A stretch of 63,497 nucleotides of DNA, counting the filler, from Kipferlia bialata (taxonomy: Eukaryota): the NCBI GenBank assembly GCA_003568945.1. It is 6 parts of 6 records of this genome, joined end to end, with 100 filler letters (N's around TTAATTAATTAA, not from the genome) between each part and the next. Parts side by side here need not be neighbours in the genome. Positions count along the whole stretch, not along the records: positions 54,615 to 58,646 come from BDIP01000753.1; positions 58,747 to 63,497 come from BDIP01000758.1; 4 more parts are not named here. One strand, written 5' to 3'. Below, piece by piece: positions 54,515-63,497 of this stretch. Each line of letters begins with the position of its first letter. Position 1 is the stretch's first letter. The notes under the pieces were generated by a model. The model was not told the DNA's origin, searched no databases, and saw only the letters and a list, made by a program, of their open reading frames with translations. The translations under genes were made by a program, and so were the position numbers.

Positions 54515-54614
54515 NNNNNNNNNNNNNNNNNNNNNNNNNNNNNNNNNNNNNNNNNNNNTTAATTAATTAANNNNNNNNNNNNNNNNNNNNNNNNNNNNNN
54601 NNNNNNNNNNNNNN
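54515..54614. other. Artificial contig-join spacer
   Basis: N44-TTAATTAATTAA-N44. Confidence 0.98.
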
Positions 54615-54688
54615 TCCCGCGCAAGCGGGGAGGTGGTGGGGGAGGGGGGGGGGGGGGGGGGGGTCAATATACATTGAGTTCAGTGTAC

Positions 54689-56059
54689 CTGTGTGACCTC
54701 GTCCACGGTCTGCCTCATCTTGAAGGAGTTCCTAGGGGTGAGAATTACAATTTCCAAACATAAAAATCCAACTATAACTCATGCATGAATATATATCACT
54801 GGCAACACCTATGTCCAAAAGTATAATGAGAATATACAGTATGCTGTGAATGTATGCAATATACATATACTTCATGTTGTACCTCTCCTTGAGTGCCACA
54901 AAGTGTGTGGTGAGGGGCACGGGTCTGTGGGCAGCAGAGAAGTGGAAGAGACCCTGCTTGGGGACCCTGGGAGTGAGATACCTATATACATACAGTTATA
55001 ACAAATATATATATATACTATATACCTAAGGAACCCAGCTACGTCCTCGTAGTTGGGCAGGGTGGCAGAGAGAGCCACGATCCTGATGGTCTTGCCAGAC
55101 TCCTCGGTCTGCCTCATCACCCTGGGGGGTCAGGGTATATACTTAATAATACCATATACATGCATGTTTGTGTATGTATGTATGCGTGTATGTACCTAGC
55201 GACGAGGCTCTCGAGCACTGGGCCTCTGTTGTCGTGCAGAAGGTGGACCTCATCGATGATGAGCAGGGAGACAAAGCGGGTGTAGGTCCTGGAGGGTAAG
55301 TACAATCAAATGAGAGTTAATACTAATACACATGCATACCTGTCACCACTGCGCCTTGTGACAATGTCCCACTTCTCAGGTGTGGCCACAATGATGTGGG
55401 TCTCGGTCAGCTCGGACTGGGTCATGTTGGCATCTCCAGACAGCTCTGAGGGGTCAGAAACACACAACATAGTATACAAATTTGTATAATAAGTATAATA
55501 AATAGGCCAACCTGCGACCTTGAGGCCGAAGCCTCCGAATGCCCTTGTGAATGTCTCTACCATCTCGTGGACAAGGGACTTCTGGGGGGCAATGTAGACA
55601 ATCTTGAAGGCGTCCTTGTCGATGTTGCCTTAATGTTAGGAGGGCAACAATTATACTTATATATATATACATATATTTGTATGTACAAATGTACAGTGCA
55701 CTCACCCTCCTCGTCCCTGTGCTGCTTGATCTCTGCCAGCATGGAGAGCAGGGCAACGTTGGTCTTTCCTAGGGGGTAAGGAGAGAGTCTATGAGAGAGA
55801 GAGAAACATCAACAGAGAGTGTACCTGATCCTGTGGGTGCACAGACCAGCATGTTGACACCCGTGTTGAATGCCTTGGGGTACACGGCACTCTGCACACG
55901 GTTCAGCCTGGTATGAGCATATATGAACATAATACAGTATATTAATAATATTAATACAAGGTTGGATATACTGACACACGGCACTCTGCACACGGTCCAG
56001 CCTGGTAATTAGCAATATCCAATATATATAGAATATTATATATATATATATATGAATAT

Positions 56060-56095
<36 letters not shown>

Positions 56096-58440
56096 ATATT
56101 AAATATGGGAGGAAAGGGAGGGATATAGTGATATTGATACCTGACGACGTAGTCTGGGAATGCGGCCCTGCACCACTCGGGCAGCTCATCAAGGGTCACA
56201 ATCTTGTGCTTCTCAGTCTCTGGGGGTTAGAGACTATATACACACTATACACATGCAAAACTATATAACTACAGGTTTAGAGCGAGAGAGAGAGAGAGAG
56301 AGAGAGTATGTACCTGAGATTGGGAGAGTGGTGGGTGGCACCACAATCTCTCTGTAGAGCTTGGAAGGGGCAACGTAGGCCTTGGGGGGCAGGCACACCT
56401 GGGGTAAGATACAAATGGAGGGAAGAAGAGATTATGGAACGGAGGGTGAGATACAATGTCCGTCGAGACATCCGGTAGATACTCATAACTTCCATACCTT
56501 CTTGTTTGTCATGAGGGTGGGGTTGGTGGGGAAGGCGAGCTGCTTCAGGTTGACCTGGCGTTAATTCAGTCACTAGAACAAGATGGAGACAGGAGAGGGA
56601 GGGAGGGAGAGGAGGGTATGAATGTGTAAACAGAGGTATCATATATATGGTGCGTACCTGGTAGATGTCTGTGTCGAGAGCGATCTCCCTCTTGACAGTC
56701 CTCTCTCCTCCCACTCCCTCATGGACAGACACAGACAGGGCGAGCTCAACGTCTGGGGGTAAGCAATATGCACGGGTGAATCAAAATGAGGTGCGTGATA
56801 CACCTGATGAGAGTATAAGTATATGTGTGAACTGACCTGGCCTGATAGAGATGCTTCTCTTGACAGCGTCTCTCTCTGGCTTGGAGGTGGCACGGGTCAG
56901 CCTGGGGTGAGGCATGTCATACAGGGAGAGAAGATATATCACATGGGCAGTATATACACCATAGAGAGGGGGGGGGGGGTATAGAGAGAGAGAGATTGTA
57001 CCTTGTCCTCCAGAGCACAGCTGTCCTGTTGGCAATGAGAAGCCTAGCAAGGTCATAGGACTCCATGCCTGGGGTTAGGCATATAGCGAAGAGAGAAACA
57101 CAAATAATATGGGTAGGTATAGAGAGAGGTATACAATGTGTTCGTACCGATCTTGTCGAGCAGCCTGGTCTCCAGCCTGGCCAGTCTGATCTGGTCCCTC
57201 TCCTGAGGGGTAAGATATATAAGAAAAACATACACACCAATTGCACGCCATATATATGCATACTTATACAGACAGGCACATACAAGTAAATATACATCCC
57301 CATACCTCAGCTGTCTCCCCTGTGTTTGTCTGCTCGTCCCCCCCTGCCTCCCCCCTGTCACAGTCATCCAGAATGTCCATCACAGCAATGACATTGGCAT
57401 CAACATTGCCACCTGGGGATGAGAAGTGTACATTAACCTAGAGAAGAATACAAAACACAGGTAGGGGGGTATGTAATATCACATGGATCCACATGGGGCC
57501 GGGGGGGGGGGGGTATATGGTAAGTATATAGAAATATCCATTGATAATGACACTATACCTAGTGGCATGAGCCTGTCCCTGAGCCATGACTTGCCGATGC
57601 TGTCTGGGGCAATGATGAGGGCGTCCTCGTCCTCAGACTCACCTGGGGATAAGTATCTACACATACAATCAAAAATAAACAATAACAAAAAAGATAATTG
57701 AATATGTCTCACACTGCCTCTCTCTCTGTCTCGTAACATATAGTACATATATGTATACATTGCATATATATCATGGAGACGTACTCTCGCTCTCCTCAGA
57801 GTCTGACACAGCCTCTCTCTCTGTCTCGTGCATGGTGTACTTGGCATCGGTGTCAAGGCCGCGCTTGTCTCCTGGTGTTAAGATCATGATACGCATGGAC
57901 TTTATATACATATTTGCTAAGCAGCAGAACGCGCTTGTCTCCTGGGGGTCAGTGGACTACTACACTTTCACTGTATGAATATAAACTACATATCTCCCTA
58001 CCTCCCTCCTCATCGAAGAAGACTGTGACTGTGCCGTCTCCACCCTCCTTGGGGGCCTCACCCGTGAAGGGCTTGTAGTCGGGCAGGGCACGGAACACAG
58101 CTGGGGGTGAGAATATATATACATATATATATAGAGAGAGAGAGAGAGAGAGCTGGGTGTGAGAGAAAGAACACACGCATCTGTCCATACAGCGAGTGTA
58201 AGGATATATACAAAATAGAATGAATACACACCGTACCGAGCAGCCTGGAGTACTGGTTGTCGTCAATTGTGCCAAAGAAGAAAAAACTCATCTGTCTATA
58301 GAGCGAGAGTATATACATATAAAAAGTATGAAATTACGCACCGAGCAGCCTGGAGTACTGGTTGTCGTCAATTGTGCCAAACATCTTGGACAGATAGTTC
58401 TTCTTGTCCATGTCAGTCTGCTCCACATCAGCCAGGCACT
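54689..58440 (-). CDS. SNRNP200: U5 snRNP 200-kDa helicase Brr2 (internal fragment: N-terminal region and first RecA domain)
   Basis: Motif [76 protein letters not shown] and [22 protein letters not shown]. The Brr2-type N-terminus ([12 protein letters not shown]...PDY; PWI-like [10 protein letters not shown]...[23 protein letters not shown]) favours Brr2 over ASCC3. Confidence 0.9.
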
Positions 58441-58646
58441 CTGATGGTTAGTATGCAAATGCAATAAATACACATATATATACTGTAAATGTCATCCTTA
58501 TACATATATAACGTATATATCATGTATGTCTGCTCGCACATCGGCAAGACACTCTGGGCGTTAGTATACAAATACACATTAGAATATATATACAAAAGGG
58601 GAGGGGGGGGGGTGGGTGAGGGAGAGAGAGAGAGAGGTGGTGTATA

Positions 58647-58746
58647 NNNNNNNNNNNNNNNNNNNNNNNNNNNNNNNNNNNNNNNNNNNNTTAATTAATT
58701 AANNNNNNNNNNNNNNNNNNNNNNNNNNNNNNNNNNNNNNNNNNNN
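58647..58746. other. Artificial contig-join spacer
   Basis: N44-TTAATTAATTAA-N44. Confidence 0.98.
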
Positions 58747-59145
58747 GGGGAAGGAGAGATTGGAATGGATATTGGTATATTTATATACCATCTCCCCCCC
58801 CCCCCCCCTCATGCATAATCCAAAAATCCTGGAAAGGGGATAGTGAGTAGAGTAAGACGCGTTCAATATTTAACAAATACATAGTCCTCCATACCTTGTG
58901 GTTCCCCTCCTCCTCGATGGCCCTGCAGTGGGGCAGGACGGGTATCCATATATATATATACATCCCATATTAATATATATACATACCATATATGTATATA
59001 TATATATGTATATATGTATATATGTATACCTTGCGGTTCCCCTCCTCCTCGATGGCCCTGCAGAAGACCATACACATTACTATCCATATATATATATATA
59101 CATCCCATATCATTATATATATATACCATATATATATATCTATAC

Positions 59146-60548
59146 CTTGTGGTTCCCCTCCTCCTCGATGGCCCTGCAGAAGGGCAGGACGGGCTCGGCC
59201 TCGTAATCTGAGGGGTAGAGAGATGCAAACAAAATAAGCAAAGAACAAAAACACAAATACTGAGGAAAAGAGGGCGAGACGGGGTCGAACTCGGGACCAT
59301 CTGTCCACACTGTAGAGAGAGAGAGAGAGAAGTATAGGGTATGTACCTTCTGGCAGAGGAGGGTAGAACTGGGAGGTGTATGGGGAGCGGTAGCTGTCTC
59401 CGTCCCTGGGGGTCAGGCAGGAAAGAATATCATAAACACAAGAGTATTGAGTGTCTCACTCGATGAAGACATCTCATAAAAAATTCTAACAATAAATGTA
59501 TACACATTGAGTGCAGTACCTGTTCATGTCACACCCGATGAATGGCTTGTCCACCTGGGTGTCTGTCAACACCTTCAGAGGCTGGTCCACCTCGGCCATC
59601 AGGTCCTGGGGGTAAGGCAGCTCCTGAATATATATATACATATACATACATATACATATATCGACATATATATATCTCAGCCATCAGGTCCTGGGGGTAA
59701 GAACGATTATTGAACAGATAGAACTCCATCTTCATATATCACAATACATATCCATACCTCTGTGAGCTCTGGGGCCAGTCTGTTGATGAGGGCCAGGGCA
59801 TGGGACACCTGGGCATAAGACTGAGAGAGAGAGAGAGAGCAGTATAGGGTGACGACGAGATAAAGAGAGAGAGACTAGGGCGGCACTGTGGGAGAAGTAT
59901 GGAACACATCGGGAGAGAGGTAGACATTGATGCAACCTAGTACCTTAGCGGTGGGCACCCTTCTCAGTAGGTCAATAGCAGCAGCATAGGCCTTGCCCAT
60001 GTCAACTGGAGTGAGGAGAAGAGGGAGAGAGTAAGAGAGAGAGAGAGATAGAGTAGTGACCATGTCAACTGGGGTGAGGAGAGAAGTGATACAGTGGGAG
60101 ACAGAGAGGAGGAGAGGGATAGTATGCGCTAAGAGTGGTGACCAGGTGAAGGTATATGTCAGTTACTTGTCATATCAGCAAACCAGTGAACACAACACCA
60201 ATATAATACGAACTAGAGTTACTGGAATCCATATATAGATAAATATGTGGTGGAGTGGAGTATAATCAAAGAGAGACACTGTAGAAGACACAATACTATA
60301 CTATAGTACCTGGTGTCTCAGGGAACTGGACAGAGGACTAGTATAGAGTAACTAGACTGCTTAAGATGGGTAATACATTTATAAGTTCCATATAGTCCAA
60401 AGGCACTGCTATAAGACCTTGTCCCACTATATATACTATACTATAACTTTATGGCACCTGGTGTCTCCGGGGACTGGACTGAGGACTCGGCCGGGGACTC
60501 TGTCTCAGGGTTCAGTCCTGCACTGGGGGTGGATGGGTCCATGTCCAT
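59146..60548 (-). CDS. CAPZB: F-actin capping protein beta subunit, 3'-partial
   Basis: AAIDLLRRVPTAKVSHALALINRLAPELTEDLMAEVDQPLKVLTDTQVDKPFIGCDMNRDGDSYRSPYTSQFYPPL contains the signature CDxNRDGDSYRSP. It also has a P/S/E-rich N-terminal extension of about 30 aa. Confidence 0.93.
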
Positions 60549-60844
60549 GGGGTGGTACCAGGGGGGGAGGGTGTGAGAGAGACTAGAGGTCGTCACCTCA
60601 GCATTAGGTCAGTGGAGATGACATAAGGGTGTAGTACTCGTTGGCAAAAACCTCAGGGTCAGAGCTCTTAGCCTAGTGCCTCTACAGCTGTTGTTGTTGT
60701 GCTGCATGCTGGATTAGGGGTACACCTGAGGTCTCCAGTAGTCAGTCAACAGTCCCTTTTGTGAGAAGAACTGGTGTTCCGTCCAGTACTGCACTGCTGC
60801 TCTGGTAGAAGACCTTAGAGAGAGAGAGAGAGATAGAGGAGTAG

Positions 60845-62822
60845 ATGCAGGAGGTTGATGTGCGGTGTGACCTGAGTGTCCTACTGCCCACATATAATGA
60901 GGTATCATACACTGGTAAATACATATTGTACATTCTCTTACAATCAATAGGACCTCTCTCTTACTCTATTGGTAATGAATTGAGTAGGACTGCCCCCCCC
61001 CCCCCATGTAGTCTTCCATATATATGTTCACTCTTCACTCCCCATGGCTCTCTCACTTCAGCGTGAGAACCTTCCCGTTGTGCTCTACCTGCTCTACAAT
61101 GAGTTGAACAAGATGGGTGAGTGTGTCAATGTAAAATAGTAGTGGTGCCGTAGTATAATAGTCAATCATATTAGAGGTGAAGTAGTTGTATCCACTATCT
61201 CTCACTCCAGCTGACCTTGAGTTTGAGGTCATTGTGGTGGATGACAACTCCCCAGACGGCACAGGGGATGTGGCCAGGACACTCTCAGAGCTGTTCCCAA
61301 GTCTGGTACGCGATATATACACACATCTCTTAGTCAGTAGGATAACCTTATAATATTGTAAGCATTCATATGCATACTGATACTACCTCCGGCGTGTGAT
61401 TGGCAGGGACAGGAAGAGCACTCCCATCCATATATATACTATAGCCTTGGAGTATTTGATAGTATATGTTCTAACCCCAGCGTGTGATTGGCAGGGACAG
61501 AAAGAGGGGACTGGGCTCAGCCTACAGACACGGCCTCAAGTTCTGCATGGGTGCCTTGGTCATGATCATGGACGTGGACCTTAGTCACCACGTAAGTGAA
61601 CTAACTCGCGTTGGGTCTCTCATACCACCAATAATGCACTGCATATCTCTCACTCCCCGCCCAGAGATGCCCCCAAGCTGCTGAGGATATATGTATGTAT
61701 ATGTATACATATGATATCAATGAGTGTATCCTTAACCCCCAGCCGAGAGATGCCCCCAAGCTGCTGAGGCGACAGAGGGAGACACAGGTGGGGGTATACT
61801 AACTACCACTTCCCATCTACATTCCACACTCCCTCATACATATTTTGATACTGTATGAAATCCATATCCATTTAGGAGACAGAGGGAGACAGGTGGGGTA
61901 CACACTTCCCATTTGCATTCCCATACTCTTCCTATAGTGTATGGTTATACGTATCCATCTATACCATGTGTGTCTGACACTCAGTGTGACATTGTGGCTG
62001 GCAACCGGTATGGCGACCCCTCTGGAGTGGAGGGGGGCATCACGGGGTGGGACATGAGGAGGAAGATCACATCCAGGTATGACAACATAGTGTTTCAAGG
62101 ACTCCTGGTATCTCTTTGCTTCATTTTCGTAATGTGAATGCGTAACTTGACCCTCAGGGGTGCCCACATGCTCATCCTCCCCTTCAGTCCTCCCTTCACA
62201 GACCCCACCGGGTCATTCAGAGTGTACAAGAGAGAGGTATCGGTATCTGAAATAGTATATCTCAATTCAATGTTATATATCACCCCGATATAAGTGATTC
62301 AGGGAGTACAAGAGAGAGGTATCACTATCAGTACCAAGACGTAACAATGATTCACTATCCTATGTTAGTAGTACTCTGTTATCATCTGACTTCCAGGTCC
62401 TCTCCAAGCTGTGCAAGGTGACACAGTCAGACGGGTTCTGCTTCCAGGTAGAGGATATATACATAGGATATTCTTATTGATTGAGTGAGTCTTCTTGTCT
62501 GTGTGTCTCTGTCCCAACATCAGGTTGAGTCTGCCATCCTCGCTGGGCGTCTGGGGTACAAGACCGATGAGGTGAGGGCCACATACTAGTCTGTATGTAC
62601 ATGCGTTTTGTGTTATTAGTTACATATATGTATACATATATGTATACATATGGATAGTCCAACCCCCAGGTCCCCATCACCTTTGTCAACCGGGTGCTGG
62701 GTGAGTCCAAGCTGGGTCTGGGGGAGTACCAGCGCTACGTCTCTCTGCTGTGGTCCATGGTGTGGAGGGGGAGGGGGGACAAGGCTAAGACTCTTAGAAA
62801 GAGAGAGACAAAGAGACAGTAA
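60845..62822 (+). CDS. DPM1: Dolichol-phosphate mannosyltransferase catalytic subunit (GT2), complete, 10 exons
   Basis: SVLLPTYNERENLP, EVIVVDDNSPDGT, GLGSAYRHGLKF, IMDVDLSHHP, DIVAGNRY, GWDMRRKITSRGA, DPTGSFRVYKREVL, GFCFQVE, EVPITFVNRVLGESKLG. Stop TAA 62820-62822. No C-terminal TM anchor. Confidence 0.95.
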
Positions 62823-63043
62823 GTAAATAGAAGGACCGAACCAGCACAACAACCAACACTGTCGAACAACAATTCATTCAATTTCGATTCTACCACAGTC
62901 TCAACAAAGACTGCGGGCTGCTGAATCAACACATATCCAGCACATATATCACATACACAACAATAGTGTGCCCACTCATAAAGAGTCAACACACACACAT
63001 CCAGACAGATCAGTCTCTATCCACTAGTACACCCTCTAGACCC

Positions 63044-63412
63044 TTAACAGGCACCGATCATGGCGCACACAGTGTCGGGGGGGTAGTCGTTGACGAGGGC
63101 CTCGATGAGGAGGGGCTCGTAGGTAGCCACCATGGCGTCGCACTCGCCCTCGAGGAAGGAGGGCAGGAGGGAGCACACGGAGTCCAGCAGGTGCTCAATC
63201 TCCTGCTGGGTGGAGTCCTTCTCGAGGGTGTCGTCGATGAGGGACATGACGAGCTCACAGACAGAGCACCAGAGGGGGTCGTCGGACACGATGGCCTCGA
63301 CGGCGGAGGGGCAGACGCCAATGAGCTCGCAGAGCACGTCGGCGGGGTAGCCGTTGACCAGGGCCTTGAGGAGGTCCTCAAAGTGCTGGTTGATGAAGGC
63401 GTCACAGAGACC
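63044..63412 (-). CDS. Saposin B-domain (prosaposin-like) protein, terminal exon
   Basis: One and a half saposin folds with canonical Cys spacing: CDAFINQHFEDLLKALVNGYPADVLCELIGVC...CSVCELVMSLIDDTL...VCSLLPSFLEGECDAMVATYEPLLIEALVNDYPPDTVCAMIGAC*. Confidence 0.92.
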   Translation of the reverse strand, partial: GLCDAFINQHFEDLLKALVNGYPADVLCELIGVCPSAVEAIVSDDPLWCSVCELVMSLIDDTLEKDSTQQEIEHLLDSVCSLLPSFLEGECDAMVATYEPLLIEALVNDYPPDTVCAMIGAC

Positions 63413-63497
63413 CTGGGGGTGAGGGGCAATGAAGAACCTCATACATAGATGGAGAGAAAGGGGGGGGGGGGGGGGGGGTTTTTTTTTTACAAGAGCC

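Noticed and set aside
15036..58746. Palindromic TTAATTAATTAA repeated five times inside N runs
   Set aside because: Artificial concatenation linker. Genes on different contigs are therefore not neighbours.
81..63448. Numerous YIYIY/SLSLSL/ERERE ORFs in the six-frame track
   Set aside because: Translations of (TA)n, (CT)n and (GA)n microsatellites, or antisense shadows of real exons (for example 62966-63448 opposite the saposin exon).
1..63497. Alternative genetic code (TAA/TAG = Gln, as in hexamitid diplomonads)
   Set aside because: Conserved genes end at TAA or TAG (DPM1, saposin, BPI, Nop14-like) and I saw no in-frame TAR within conserved exons.
1..63497. Transposons, tRNA or rRNA genes
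   Set aside because: No transposase or RT motifs, terminal repeats with target duplications, or RNA-gene signatures were recognisable by eye. A covariance-model search would be needed to exclude small RNAs.

Overview
This is intron-rich, microsatellite-rich eukaryotic DNA, not one locus. Six contigs (1-15035, 15136-24279, 24380-39397, 39498-54514, 54615-58646, 58747-63497) are joined by artificial 100-nt N44-TTAATTAATTAA-N44 spacers. The style (short exons, CTNAC(C)nCAG acceptors, (TA)n/(GA)n everywhere, ERERE runs in proteins) suggests a free-living fornicate such as Kipferlia bialata; this is inference, not checked. Splicing the exons by hand gives ZNF593/Bud20, the N-terminal and exonuclease part of DNA polymerase delta, an LBP/BPI-family protein, alkaline phosphatase, a RING-H2 + ARM-repeat protein, a probable Nop14, Brr2/SNRNP200, capping protein beta, DPM1, a saposin-domain protein, two tandem paralog families of unknown function and several hypothetical genes. 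The most striking signal is 'exon echoes'. Many introns hold stacked partial copies of the neighbouring exon ends together with their splice sites: acceptor copies lie upstream of the real exon and donor copies downstream. These copies differ from the real exon overwhelmingly at synonymous positions. Paralog comparisons show the process lengthening one intron 11-fold and give two candidate newborn introns (56 nt and 23 nt). Assembly artefact from mixed haplotypes must be excluded with long reads.
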